Program-made: the position numbers and the translations under genes
The notes under the pieces: generated by a model
Told to the model about the DNA's origin: nothing
What the model saw: only the letters and a program-made list of their open reading frames with translations
The model's database searches: none
DNA from: a virus
IMG/VR virus record: IMGVR_UViG_3300046171_000225
Span: 1 to 64,000 of that record
Length of the DNA: 64,000 nt
Strand: one strand, 5' to 3'
In this document: positions 23,982-34,341 of the stretch, in pieces
How positions within the stretch are numbered: the stretch's first letter is position 1
How the letters are laid out: each line of letters starts with the position of its first letter

Positions 23982-26900
23982 ATGCGTTTTGCCCATATTG
24001 CTGACACTCACATCCGGAATCTAAAGTACCACAAAGAGTACAAAGAAGTGTTCAGGCAGTTATATGAATCTATTCGGCAAGAGAATGTCGATTACATTAT
24101 TCATTGTGGAGACATCGCTCACACTAAGACACAGATCTCTCCAGAGTTCGTGGATATGTGCTCAGATTTTCTAAGCAATCTAGCAGATATTGCTCCCACG
24201 TATGTGATTCTGGGCAACCACGATGGTAACCTCAAGAACACAGGCCGTCTCGACGCCTTAACGCCTATTGTAGAGGCCCTTGAGCATCCGGACCTACATT
24301 TGCTCAAGAACGCTCAAGAAGTCTACCTAAGGGACGGTTTTGCGCTTAATGTGCTGTCTGTGTTCGATGAAAGCAACTGGGATGATCCATCTAACTACGA
24401 CAACGTTAATATTGCTCTGTACCATGGCTCCATCTCTAACTGTCAGACAGATAGTGGCTGGGTCATGGAAAAGGGCGAGCATGACATAAGTATTTTTGAA
24501 GAGTTCGACTACGCTTTCCTGGGCGATATCCACAAACCACAAGCAATGGATAAAGCTGGTAGAATCCGATACGCTGGGTCCACGGTACAGCAAGGGTTTG
24601 GAGAGTCAGAAGACAAGGGTATTCTTGTTTGGGATATTCAAGATCGTGATAACTTTGAAGTCAAAAGGGTGACTTTCCAAAATCCCAAGCCATTCGTAAC
24701 GGTCGAGCTTATAGATGGCAAACTACCAAGCGTAGAACTAGAGAAGGGTGCTCGTGTTCGTTTGCTTTCTAATGAGAGTATCACATTAGAGAACATGAAG
24801 AAAGCAGTGGACGTAGCTCAGCATCGGTTCAAGCCAGAGAGCATTACCTTCTTGAATAGAAATATCAGCCAGAACAGCCTAAACGCTAACACGGCAGACC
24901 ATATTAGACACGATGACCTGCGCGATATTGTTGTCCAGAGGAGATTGATCAAGGAGTTTCTTTCGGATTACCAACTCAGCGCTGCCGTTATGGATAAGAT
25001 CTTAGAGCTAAATGACAAGTACAATCTCATGGCTGAGGAGAGTGAAGAAGTTCTTCGTAATGTTAACTGGAAGATTCGTAAGCTTAAGTTTGATAACTTG
25101 TTTAACTACGGAGAGGATAATGAGATTAACTTTGCGGCTCTCAACGGAATTATTGGAATCTTTGGAAAGAACTACTCTGGCAAATCAAGCGTAATCGACA
25201 GCTTGCTTTTCACCCTGTTCAATACAACTTCCAAGAACGAGAGGAAAAATCTAAATGTGATCAACTTCGATAAGGAGTATGCCTCTGGGCACCTTGAGTT
25301 GATGACCGAAGACGGAACTGTTTGGAACATCAATAGGCAAACAGACAAGTACACAAAGAAGTCTAGAGGCAAATTGGTCACCGAAGCAAAGACCGATCTA
25401 AATTTTACCTCTACTCTTATTGACGGTACGACTGAAGAGAGAAATGGTCTGACAAGGAATGATACTGACAAAGAGATTAGAAAGGTTTTTGGAACTGTAG
25501 ATGACTTCTTGCTAACCTCGATGTCGTCACAGCTAGACTCATTGTCGTTCATTCGCGAAGGGTCTACCAAGCGTAAAGAAATCTTTGCTAAGTTCTTGGA
25601 CCTTGAACTTTTCGATAAAAAGTACAAGCTTGCTAAAGTCGAGGCTTCTGATTTACGTGGTGCTCTCAAGCGCCTAGAGGGTAAAAACTATGCTTCCGAC
25701 ATAGATGAGGCCCTATATGAGCTAGAGCAGTGTGTGCTAGATAGCGAAGAAGCTCAGAAAGAAATAAAAGAAAACGGCACACTTATTGACTCTAGCCAAA
25801 AGAGTTTGACTGACCTTGAGGTAAAGATCAAAGCTACGCCCACTGAGTTGATTGACATAGTAGCTTTGCGAAGAGAACTAAAAGATAAAAAGAACCAACT
25901 GGTATCTGTGAATTCCAACACAGGAGAGCTCGAAGATAAGTCAGTTAGATACGAAGAGATTCGTCAGACTCTTGTGGGGTATATAGAAGAGTTTGATGGC
26001 ACACCTTATGAGTATAGGATTGATACATGCTCGAAGATCGATGGCTTGTTGGCAGAGATCAAGACTAAAGTAAATGAGCGCACGCGTTCCAAGAGGGAGA
26101 ATGAGAGGCAAGCTAAGATTTTGGACGACATCCCTTGCGGCACCTCTTACCCAACTTGTAAGTTTATTAAAGATGCTTACGTGGCAAAAGCGAATATTCC
26201 CCAAGACCAGAAGGAATTGGATAAGTATAATAGTGATTCTGCGATTCTAGAAGAGAAGAAAGAAGCACTCGCACCAGGAGAAGCCCAAGAACAGCTCGAC
26301 AAGCACCAAGCTTTGGTTGACAAGCACAGGGAATATGTGACGTCTCTTGATAAAATCAAGTTGACGCTTGAAAAAAACAAAGCGATTGCCGTAACTTTGG
26401 TATCTGAGATCTCCTCTCTGGAAGAAAGAGAGAAGCAGTACACGGTGAACAAAGAGGCTATCGATAATTTAAACACTCTTCTGTCTGACAAAGCTAAGCT
26501 TGCGAAGACGTTAAGGGATTTTGAAGCAGAAAAGAGAAACCTAGACAGCCGCTCTAAGATTGTCAATAGAAAGATAGGCTCGCTGGAGCAGAAGATTGAA
26601 AACCTCCGCGAGCAACAGACAGAACTAACAAGACTGCAAGAAGAATATTCTGCATACGACCTTTACTCGAAGTGCATGCACAGTAACGGAATTGCATACG
26701 ACATTATCAAGAGTAAGCTTCCGGCTATCAACGAAGAGATCACTAAGTTCCTTATGAATATTGTAGAGTTTGATGTCTACTTCGAAGACGAAGGTAAAAA
26801 GCTGAACATCTATATCCAGCATCCAGAACAAGATCCAAGGCCTCTTGAGATGGGCTCCGGAGCAGAAAAGACGATTGCTGCTATGGCTATCAGATTGGCA

Positions 26901-27125
26901 CTTCTATCTGTTTCTAATTTGCCCAAAGGGGATATTTTTATATTAGACGAACCAGGGACTGCCCTTGACGAGGAAAATATGGAAGGCTTTACTCGGATGC
27001 TTGAAATGATTAAGAGCCATTTTAAGACCGTATTACTTATCTCTCATCTTGAGGCTCTAAAAGATTGCGTAGACAAGCAGATAAGTATAGAACAGAAGGA
27101 CGGGTATGCTTTTGTTAACTGTTAG
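23982..27125 (+). CDS. Fused Mre11/SbcD nuclease and Rad50/SbcC ATPase (gp47-gp46 fusion)
   Basis: N-terminal HIADTH, GDIAH, GNHD and GDIH phosphoesterase motifs. Then Walker A GKNYSGKSS, coiled coil, signature GSGAEK, Walker B ILDEPG and ISH. Confidence 0.92.
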   Translation: MRFAHIADTHIRNLKYHKEYKEVFRQLYESIRQENVDYIIHCGDIAHTKTQISPEFVDMCSDFLSNLADIAPTYVILGNHDGNLKNTGRLDALTPIVEALEHPDLHLLKNAQEVYLRDGFALNVLSVFDESNWDDPSNYDNVNIALYHGSISNCQTDSGWVMEKGEHDISIFEEFDYAFLGDIHKPQAMDKAGRIRYAGSTVQQGFGESEDKGILVWDIQDRDNFEVKRVTFQNPKPFVTVELIDGKLPSVELEKGARVRLLSNESITLENMKKAVDVAQHRFKPESITFLNRNISQNSLNANTADHIRHDDLRDIVVQRRLIKEFLSDYQLSAAVMDKILELNDKYNLMAEESEEVLRNVNWKIRKLKFDNLFNYGEDNEINFAALNGIIGIFGKNYSGKSSVIDSLLFTLFNTTSKNERKNLNVINFDKEYASGHLELMTEDGTVWNINRQTDKYTKKSRGKLVTEAKTDLNFTSTLIDGTTEERNGLTRNDTDKEIRKVFGTVDDFLLTSMSSQLDSLSFIREGSTKRKEIFAKFLDLELFDKKYKLAKVEASDLRGALKRLEGKNYASDIDEALYELEQCVLDSEEAQKEIKENGTLIDSSQKSLTDLEVKIKATPTELIDIVALRRELKDKKNQLVSVNSNTGELEDKSVRYEEIRQTLVGYIEEFDGTPYEYRIDTCSKIDGLLAEIKTKVNERTRSKRENERQAKILDDIPCGTSYPTCKFIKDAYVAKANIPQDQKELDKYNSDSAILEEKKEALAPGEAQEQLDKHQALVDKHREYVTSLDKIKLTLEKNKAIAVTLVSEISSLEEREKQYTVNKEAIDNLNTLLSDKAKLAKTLRDFEAEKRNLDSRSKIVNRKIGSLEQKIENLREQQTELTRLQEEYSAYDLYSKCMHSNGIAYDIIKSKLPAINEEITKFLMNIVEFDVYFEDEGKKLNIYIQHPEQDPRPLEMGSGAEKTIAAMAIRLALLSVSNLPKGDIFILDEPGTALDEENMEGFTRMLEMIKSHFKTVLLISHLEALKDCVDKQISIEQKDGYAFVNC

Positions 27126-27151
27126 ACTAATTATTAAGAACATGAGAGGTT

Positions 27152-27532
27152 ATGATGGACCCTTTTTTGGGCTTTGCGCTAAAATACTGGAGAGAAACTT
27201 TAATTATATTATTGCTTTCAACCGCTGCTGCCTCATGGTATTCTGATAGATCTTCTCTTATCAAATCGTTTGACAAGGCTACGGAACGCTACGAAAAAGA
27301 GTTGGCAACTGTAAAGGAAAGTCATGCTCGGGAAGTCGAGAGGCAAGAGAAAGTTCTCAAAGAATATCAGAAGAAAGTGTCTGAGATAGAGAGAGACTAC
27401 GCAGCTGTTCAAGATGAACTTCAAGATGTACAAGATTCTAGAGTTGGGGAGATCGTGAGACTAAGGAGCGATGACCCTAAAAAGCTTGCGACTCAAATAG
27501 AAGAAGCATTTGGATTTGAATATGTTAAATAA
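27152..27532 (+). CDS. Putative i-spanin-like (Rz-like) membrane coiled-coil protein
   Basis: N-terminal hydrophobic helix followed by a coiled coil; preceded by ACTAATTA at 27126. Confidence 0.45.
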   Translation: MMDPFLGFALKYWRETLIILLLSTAAASWYSDRSSLIKSFDKATERYEKELATVKESHAREVERQEKVLKEYQKKVSEIERDYAAVQDELQDVQDSRVGEIVRLRSDDPKKLATQIEEAFGFEYVK

Positions 27533-27968
27533 AATTACACTATTCCTGGGTCTAGTTTTGTCGTTGTGGAGTACCCCAGCGTATGGTAACGATGGTAAAT
27601 TTACTCTTGTTCCACGGGGTGGCAGAGTTTCGTTTCAAGCCACTTGCTTTGATGACGTGGCTACCGCAAAGCTTTTGGCTTGGAAAGAGTTTCAAAAAAT
27701 AGAGTTTGATAATAGATTAAAATTTGAACTAGATCTGCAAAGAGAGAAACTTTCCTTGGAGCTTAAAACTAATCAAATTAAGTTTGATGAGGCTACGATT
27801 AGATATGAAGAGAAAATTAGACTGAGGGACGAAGAAATTAAGGACCTCAGGGACCTAATTAAAAAAGACAGGAAGGTTAATCTTCCTCTAATTATAGCAG
27901 GTAGTATCGCTGCCGGAATAGCAGTAGGAGTGGGGTCAGCATATGCGATTGATAGAGCTTTTCAGTGA
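27522..27968 (+). CDS. Secreted/membrane coiled-coil protein (signal peptide plus C-terminal TM); possible spanin partner
   Basis: MLNKITLFLGLVLSLWSTPAYG signal-like N-terminus; C-terminal LPLIIAGSIAAGIAVGVGSAYAI. Confidence 0.45.
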   Translation: MLNKITLFLGLVLSLWSTPAYGNDGKFTLVPRGGRVSFQATCFDDVATAKLLAWKEFQKIEFDNRLKFELDLQREKLSLELKTNQIKFDEATIRYEEKIRLRDEEIKDLRDLIKKDRKVNLPLIIAGSIAAGIAVGVGSAYAIDRAFQ

Positions 27969-28146
27969 GCATCCAAACAGTATTGGGATGAGTTATTTCG
28001 CACATATGGTTAGAGCATTTGGTTTCTCTTTCGTAATGATGTATGGAAGTGTGGTTTGTTTTATCCACGCTATTTTCCCTTTTTTATTAGAGCACGATGC
28101 ATCTAGACTGGTTTCTACTCTTTATGAGAAGATGGGGGAGAAGTGA
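27943..28146 (+). CDS. Small DUF6356-like membrane protein
   Basis: HPNSIGMSYFAHM..A..F....HAIFPFL pattern. Confidence 0.6.
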   Translation: MRLIELFSEHPNSIGMSYFAHMVRAFGFSFVMMYGSVVCFIHAIFPFLLEHDASRLVSTLYEKMGEK

Positions 28147-28529
28147 AAGATCCAAATCGTATTGCAAGATTTGAAAAAGCCATCTCCAAAAAATACGGAC
28201 ACGAAGCCATTGAAAATCCTCGCAAGCACTGGAACGATGAAAAAGAGGAAGATTTCAAGGAACAATTGAAGAAGATTGCCGAAAGAGAGCGATCTTATGA
28301 AGAAAGCCAACAGAAAGAAGAAGTGAATGGCGTTTTAATTTCTAAAAAACTACTTACTAGAGAAGTAATAAGGAGAGATTGTCCAGTTTGTGAAACTTTT
28401 TCTTTTAGTCTGCGAGATGACGCCTACATGTTAAAGTACGATTGTTGTTATAATTGTTATTTAGAGTGGGTTGACGGAAGAGAAGAGAGATGGGAAACAG
28501 GCTGGCGACCACCAAAGGGAGACAGATAA
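28143..28529 (+). CDS. Hypothetical Zn-finger protein
   Basis: CPVC..CCYNC; upstream of terminase. Confidence 0.6.
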   Translation: MKDPNRIARFEKAISKKYGHEAIENPRKHWNDEKEEDFKEQLKKIAERERSYEESQQKEEVNGVLISKKLLTREVIRRDCPVCETFSFSLRDDAYMLKYDCCYNCYLEWVDGREERWETGWRPPKGDR

Positions 28530-29077
28530 TGGCAACCACTTTAGAGATTATTAGAGGTATTTCACAAGCTGCTGCTAACGCCTATGATGGAGCACACATG
28601 GAGGAGTATTCCGCCGATGGTAAGGCTCGCAAGATAGGGCTCAAGAGAGAAGAGGGTAATCCAATAACTGATAAAAGAGTTATGGATGGCTTTGGTGTCT
28701 CTTTCCATGGGGATATGTTGAAGATCAACTACCACGCGGAAGTTCAACTCAAAGAGGTCTATAGGGGCGGATTTGAGAGCGAAGTAGAGAGCATGATCAA
28801 TGAAATTTCTAACTTCCTAAAAAGAGAGTACAGAGATATTACTGGTGACTCTCTAACTCTGACTGCTGACGGCGATGTAGAAGTCATGGTACAGAATACT
28901 TCTAGAGTTCGCACTTGGTGTCAGGCCCATAGATTCTACAAAATTGGTGTTCTGAGCGAAGTAGAGGGCGTTAAATCTCCTTCCGAAGACCGTATGGATG
29001 TCCAGTTTAGAAGCTTCCTAGGTCGGGGCGGGTTTGCAGGCGAAAGACCAGAGAACGATTCAAGAAAAGCAGAGTAG
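28529..29077 (+). CDS. Hypothetical protein
   Basis: TAATG-coupled start at 28529. Confidence 0.6.
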   Translation: MATTLEIIRGISQAAANAYDGAHMEEYSADGKARKIGLKREEGNPITDKRVMDGFGVSFHGDMLKINYHAEVQLKEVYRGGFESEVESMINEISNFLKREYRDITGDSLTLTADGDVEVMVQNTSRVRTWCQAHRFYKIGVLSEVEGVKSPSEDRMDVQFRSFLGRGGFAGERPENDSRKAE

Positions 29078-29083
29078 TTCAGC

Positions 29084-30664
29084 ATGTCTTTTGAGCTGAG
29101 CAAAAAGCAAATCCTAAAAGAGGTTATCAAGTCTGGCAAGGATCCAGAGTATTTTATTAACAACTACTGTAGGATCTCACATCCTATTGAAGGCTTGATA
29201 CCTTTTAGGACTTATCCTTACCAGGATGAGATGCTTAAGAACTTTAATGACCACCGTTTTAATATTGTTCTGAAAGCACGTCAGCTTGGTCTATCTACAA
29301 TTGTCGCTGCCTATGTTGTATGGATGCTCTTGTTTCACAGAGACAAGAATGTATTAGTTATGGCAACCAAGTTTGCAACTGCAACTAACTTGGTAAAGAA
29401 AGTAAAGAACATTATGAAGAACCTTCCTGACTGGGTTCGTATCGCAGAAATAAAAATCGATAACCGCTCTTCTTTCGAGCTTAATAACGGTTCACAAATT
29501 AAAGCAGCCTCAACTTCCGGTGACGCAGGACGTTCAGAGGCTCTTTCTCTTTTGGTATTGGACGAGGCCGCTCACATTGATGGGCTCGCTGAACTTTGGA
29601 CAGGCCTGTATCCTACGCTATCAACAGGTGGTCGTTGCATTGCTTTGTCAACTCCAAATGGTGTAGGTAACTGGTTCCACAAAACATATGTGGATGCCGA
29701 GCTTGAAGATAACGACTTCTTCCCGTCTAATTTGCCATGGGATGTCCATCCAGAAAGAGATAAAGCTTGGTTCCAGAAAGAAACAAGAAACATGTCCAGA
29801 AGACAGATTGCGCAGGAGCTAGAGTGCAACTTCAACACTTCTGGTGAGACGGTGATCCATCCGGACGATATTGAGTTTATCAAATCAACTGTTCAAGAGC
29901 CAAAGTATCGAACAGGCTTTGATAGAAACTACTGGATTTGGGAAGGGTTTGTACAGGGCGAAGAGTATATGCTTATCGCAGACGTTGCCCGAGGTGATGG
30001 TAAAGACCACTCAGCTTTTCATGTATTTAAGATCTCTACAATGGAGCAGGTGGCCGAATACCAAGGAAAACCAACACTAGACATGTATTCGAATATTTTA
30101 TGTAATGTTGGCAAAGAGTACGGAAATGCACTCCTAGTAGTAGAGAATATTGGTATTGGAATTTCTGTTTTAGAGAAGCTTGAACTTCTTGGTTATTCAA
30201 ATTTATATTTCTCTATGAAGGGTACACACGAGTTTGTTGAGCAGCAAGTTGCGTACACCAGTGAAAACTCGGTACCTGGCTTCTCTACGACAACTAAGAC
30301 AAGACCACTTATAGTGGCCAAAATGGAAGAGTTTATTAGAAATAAACTAGTTATTGTACGCTCTAACAGACTATGTAAGGAAATGGAGACTTTTATTTGG
30401 TATAATGGCAAAGCTCAATCCATGCGAGGCTACAACGACGATTTAACAATGTCCTTGGCTATTTCATGTTGGGTTAGAGACACTGCCATGACAGTTAACC
30501 AAAAAGAATCTGAGTATAGAGAAGCATTTTTTAGTTCTCTCGTCACAGCAAATAAAAAGTTTGACACGACCATATCTGGCATGTTAGGACATAATAGCTT
30601 TGAAAACAAAACTGAAAATGCAATGCAAGAAATACAACAGTATATGTGGCTTTTAAAGGGGTGA
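29084..30664 (+). CDS. terL: Terminase large subunit (T4 gp17-like)
   Basis: LKARQLGLST, LVLDEAAHI, LSTPNG, QELEC, ADVARG and DDLTMSLA motifs. Confidence 0.95.
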   Translation: MSFELSKKQILKEVIKSGKDPEYFINNYCRISHPIEGLIPFRTYPYQDEMLKNFNDHRFNIVLKARQLGLSTIVAAYVVWMLLFHRDKNVLVMATKFATATNLVKKVKNIMKNLPDWVRIAEIKIDNRSSFELNNGSQIKAASTSGDAGRSEALSLLVLDEAAHIDGLAELWTGLYPTLSTGGRCIALSTPNGVGNWFHKTYVDAELEDNDFFPSNLPWDVHPERDKAWFQKETRNMSRRQIAQELECNFNTSGETVIHPDDIEFIKSTVQEPKYRTGFDRNYWIWEGFVQGEEYMLIADVARGDGKDHSAFHVFKISTMEQVAEYQGKPTLDMYSNILCNVGKEYGNALLVVENIGIGISVLEKLELLGYSNLYFSMKGTHEFVEQQVAYTSENSVPGFSTTTKTRPLIVAKMEEFIRNKLVIVRSNRLCKEMETFIWYNGKAQSMRGYNDDLTMSLAISCWVRDTAMTVNQKESEYREAFFSSLVTANKKFDTTISGMLGHNSFENKTENAMQEIQQYMWLLKG

Positions 30665-30667
30665 CAA

Positions 30668-32599
30668 ATGGCTGAAGAAGACGATAAGAAAAATCCAAGG
30701 AACCCATCATCAGACCTGTACAAGAGATTGACAAAGCTCTTCTCTGGTCCGATTGTGAGCCGCAGAACACAACACGGCAGAAGAATCAGGAAGCAACAGT
30801 TAGATAAGTACTCTAGCATGTTCCGCTCTGCTAGTGGGCAAGAATTTAAGAGATCTCACTATAATCCTTTTGAGTCTATGAACTCGAACTACATGGCAAG
30901 CCAGAATAGAACTGAGCGCTATGTGGATTCGGATCAAATGGAGTACATGCCTGAGATTGCTTCCGCCCTTGACATTTACGCAGACGAGATGACAACTTCT
31001 TCTGGCTTGGTCGATATGTTACACATTAAGTGCCCAAACGAAGAGATTAAAGGAATACTAGACTCTCTATACAACGATATCTTAAATGTTCGATTCAACC
31101 TATTTGGCTGGGCACGAACAATGTGCAAGTATGGAGACTTCTTTTTATATCTTGACATTGATGAGACTTACGGCGTCAAGCATGCAATTGGTCTGCCTCC
31201 AAATGAGATGGAAAGATTAGAGGGCGAGGACAAGACCAATCCTAACTACGTTCAATTCCAATGGAATGCAGCAGGTATGACCTTCGAGAACTGGCAAGTT
31301 GCTCACTTTCGCATCCTTGGAAATGACAAATATCACCCGTATGGCTCCTCTGTTCTAGAGCCTGCTCGTCGTATTTGGCGTCAGCTGACTTTAATGGAAG
31401 ATGCTATGATGGCGTACCGTATCGTCAGAGCCCCAGCTAGAAAAGCTTTTTATGTTGATGTTGGTAACATTCCTCCGCAGGATGTTGAGCAGTACATGCA
31501 AAGAGTGATCACTGCGATGAAGCGTAATCAAGTTGTGAATCAAGATACTGGGCGTGTAGACCTTAGATACAACCCGATGAGCGTTGAGGAGGACTATTAT
31601 ATTCCAACACGAGGCGGAAACAAGTTTGCTGATATCCAGGAGATCGGTGGACAAAATAGAAACCACGATATCGATGACGTGAAGTACCTTAGAGATAAGT
31701 TGTTCTCTGCTCTAAAGATACCTGCCTCCTATTTAACTCAAGGAGAGGGTGGTACTGAAGATAAAACTACCTTGGCAATGAAAGATGTTCGTTTTGCTAG
31801 AACGGTACAGCGTCTACAGAGACCACTTATTTCTGAGCTAGAGAAAGTTGGTATTGTTCACTTGCACACTCTAGGTTTTAGAGGTGAAGACCTTGTCAAG
31901 TTCAAGCTATCTTTGAACAACCCTTCCAAGATCGCAGAGATCCAAGAGCTAGAGCACTGGAACCAGAAGTTCACAATCGCAACAAACGCTTCCGAGGGAT
32001 ACTTCAGCAGAAGATGGATCTCCGAGAATATCTTTGGTATGTCTGAGGAACAGTTCCTTAGAAACAAGAGAGAGATGTACACTGATCGCAAGTACGAGGC
32101 TGAGCTCAATGCTGTTGGCGAGGTTGCCGCAGAAGTTGCAGCTGCCACAGCTGGAGGGGCGCTTGGACTACCACCGGGGGACGAGCTGCCTACTGGTATC
32201 GAAACAGACTTTGGACTACCTCCTGCAGAAACAGGTCTACCACCAGAGCCTGCGCCTGAGGCAGAAACTGGAGCAGAAGCTGGTGCAGAGGCACCAGCAG
32301 ATGATGTTCTCTTGGCAACGCCCGGAAATAGGGACAATAACAAAGACGGCAGAAAGACTGCAGGAAGGTCAAAAAATATAAGAAGTGCAGCTCTCCCGGA
32401 GGTCGGCACTGCTAGATCAACTTTCCCTGGATTTAAGGGTCATGACAGTTTAGATACGTTAAGTCGTTTAGTTACAGAAAAAGAAACTAATTATGATACT
32501 GAAGAGATTTTTCAAGAGCAAAGAATTTTTGCCATTGATCATCAGACTAGAAAACTAATTGAAAATTTAGAAAAACTGGAGAGCAATGATGAAACATAA
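30668..32599 (+). CDS. Portal protein (T4 gp20-like)
   Basis: PEIASALDIYADE, LMEDAMMAYRIVRAP.RK.FYVDVGN, EEDYYIP, KDVRFARTVQRLQ; Pro/Ala/Glu-rich tail. Confidence 0.95.
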   Translation: MAEEDDKKNPRNPSSDLYKRLTKLFSGPIVSRRTQHGRRIRKQQLDKYSSMFRSASGQEFKRSHYNPFESMNSNYMASQNRTERYVDSDQMEYMPEIASALDIYADEMTTSSGLVDMLHIKCPNEEIKGILDSLYNDILNVRFNLFGWARTMCKYGDFFLYLDIDETYGVKHAIGLPPNEMERLEGEDKTNPNYVQFQWNAAGMTFENWQVAHFRILGNDKYHPYGSSVLEPARRIWRQLTLMEDAMMAYRIVRAPARKAFYVDVGNIPPQDVEQYMQRVITAMKRNQVVNQDTGRVDLRYNPMSVEEDYYIPTRGGNKFADIQEIGGQNRNHDIDDVKYLRDKLFSALKIPASYLTQGEGGTEDKTTLAMKDVRFARTVQRLQRPLISELEKVGIVHLHTLGFRGEDLVKFKLSLNNPSKIAEIQELEHWNQKFTIATNASEGYFSRRWISENIFGMSEEQFLRNKREMYTDRKYEAELNAVGEVAAEVAAATAGGALGLPPGDELPTGIETDFGLPPAETGLPPEPAPEAETGAEAGAEAPADDVLLATPGNRDNNKDGRKTAGRSKNIRSAALPEVGTARSTFPGFKGHDSLDTLSRLVTEKETNYDTEEIFQEQRIFAIDHQTRKLIENLEKLESNDET

Positions 32600-33395
32600 T
32601 AAAAAAAGAAATACAGCTTTTCTGTTTGAGTGCTTGGTTAAGGAGTTAACTAAAGCAACTTTGCGATCCGACACTAAAACAAAGCACGCTATCGTATCTA
32701 TCCTAAGAGAACACTTTCACACAAATTCGGTGCTACAGAAAGAGCTAACACTCTACAAAACACTTTGTGAGATCTCAGAAGTCGAGAAGATTGTTGCAGA
32801 AAAGATTCTTGTAGAGGTAAAGAGAGTGTACCACACTCTCGGAGAGCAGGACATTTTTGATGAGCAGACAGAAGTAGTTAAGAAAATAAACACCGATCTA
32901 TCAAAGAGCGTTTTTAAGAACTTCGTATCCAACTATAAAACACTTGCTTCTATATCACAGTTGTTTAATCCGAAGACACCTATCCCTAATAGAGTCTTGT
33001 TAGAGCAAAATATAATCGATTCGATGTGTGCCTCTAGAGAAAAGACTGATGTACTCAAGCCAATCGATAACTTAACTTACAACGTATTCGTTAAAAAGTT
33101 CAACGAGAAGTATGGCACTACTCTAAACGAGTCCCAGAAAGATCTGATCAGTAGGTACGTTGTCCTATCTCCAGAGAGTGCAACTGAGTTTAAGATGTAC
33201 GTTAGTGAAGAGATAGGTAGATTAAAAGAGAAGCTTAGTGCCTTTCATCTTACCGAAGAAGCAAAGAAAGATGGCTCCTTGGTTCACAAGAATCTAGAAA
33301 TCCTTGAAATACTATCAGACTTCAGTAGCCAACAGATCAACGATAATATGATTAAAAAGATTTTAAAGATACAAGGTCTTGTATCGGAGATTTGA
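32586..33395 (+). CDS. Conserved hypothetical head-module protein
   Basis: 269-aa helical ORF starting MKHNKKRNTAFLFE, directly after portal. Confidence 0.6.
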   Translation: MMKHNKKRNTAFLFECLVKELTKATLRSDTKTKHAIVSILREHFHTNSVLQKELTLYKTLCEISEVEKIVAEKILVEVKRVYHTLGEQDIFDEQTEVVKKINTDLSKSVFKNFVSNYKTLASISQLFNPKTPIPNRVLLEQNIIDSMCASREKTDVLKPIDNLTYNVFVKKFNEKYGTTLNESQKDLISRYVVLSPESATEFKMYVSEEIGRLKEKLSAFHLTEEAKKDGSLVHKNLEILEILSDFSSQQINDNMIKKILKIQGLVSEI

Positions 33396-33396
33396 T

Positions 33397-33972
33397 ATGC
33401 CTAAACTAAATATAAAATTTCTCCCATCTCAAAAGAAACTAAAGGTCAAAGTCTATGACGAAGATCAGGTTCTAAAAACTTTTTCTCTCAAAGCAAAGAA
33501 GAGTTTGGATGGAAATATTATAGTTTATGATCATCATGATATCGATATTGTGGTTAGGCCAGAACTAAAGAAGATCACAACCTTCAAAAAAGAAGAGACC
33601 ACTGGGAATATTGCTTATGGTGCTTCTGACAGACTCTTTAATTACTTGGCCGACAAAGGCGTGATCAGCCTTGAGTCTGTCCAAGGTGGTAATGTGGCAG
33701 ACTCATATGAGGCAACTATATTAAAAACAAACGTCAAGATTCCTATTAAGATAGCTCTTCTATGTATATCGCGATGGATAGAGACTGAAAGGCCATACTT
33801 CGAATACGCTGAAGAATACGAAGATATGCAAGATGAGCGCCTGACAAGTCCAGACGCTGAAGAGTCAACAGAGCTTGGTGAAGTGCCCCAAGGTACCCAG
33901 AAGGGTTCTATCGTTCCGGGCTATTACAGAAGCCCCTACTGGATGAGCTATATTTTAGAAAATCAGGAGTGA
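33397..33972 (+). CDS. Hypothetical protein
   Basis: ATG at 33397 with GGAG SD. Confidence 0.55.
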   Translation: MPKLNIKFLPSQKKLKVKVYDEDQVLKTFSLKAKKSLDGNIIVYDHHDIDIVVRPELKKITTFKKEETTGNIAYGASDRLFNYLADKGVISLESVQGGNVADSYEATILKTNVKIPIKIALLCISRWIETERPYFEYAEEYEDMQDERLTSPDAEESTELGEVPQGTQKGSIVPGYYRSPYWMSYILENQE

Positions 33973-34298
33973 TTATGGACTTACTTTGGTTTGTATTAGC
34001 CTGTTACGGGCTGACTTATCTTGTTGTATATGCTAGTATTTTTAACAGAATTAGACCCTCAAAAGAATGGCTCTGGGGGTTTGGTAAACTTTTCCACTGC
34101 ACTTTGTGCTTTGGATTTCATGCAGGATGGTTTTTGTTTGTCATAAACAGGTGGACAGAACTATTTACTTTTGACTACACTCTTGCGAATTTTTTAATTT
34201 GTGGGTGTGTAGGTTCAGGGACTTCTTATATGTTGAGCCAAATAATACAAGATGAGGGGGTGAGATATGCCACAATTGTGCAACACTCGCGGTCGTAA
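33969..34298 (+). CDS. Small membrane protein (DUF1360-like)
   Basis: Three hydrophobic segments with LFHCTLCFGFH. Confidence 0.55.
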   Translation: MIMDLLWFVLACYGLTYLVVYASIFNRIRPSKEWLWGFGKLFHCTLCFGFHAGWFLFVINRWTELFTFDYTLANFLICGCVGSGTSYMLSQIIQDEGVRYATIVQHSRS

Positions 34299-34341
34299 TT
34301 GGTACTTACGACCTGTCGCACGCTGCTGTTCCGGTTCGTAA
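34267..34341 (+). CDS. Candidate 24-aa peptide MPQLCNTRGRNWYLRPVARCCSGS
   Basis: ATG preceded by GAGGGG; followed by hairpin GCGGG-TAGCG-CCCGC (34347..34361). Confidence 0.35.
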   Translation: MPQLCNTRGRNWYLRPVARCCSGS

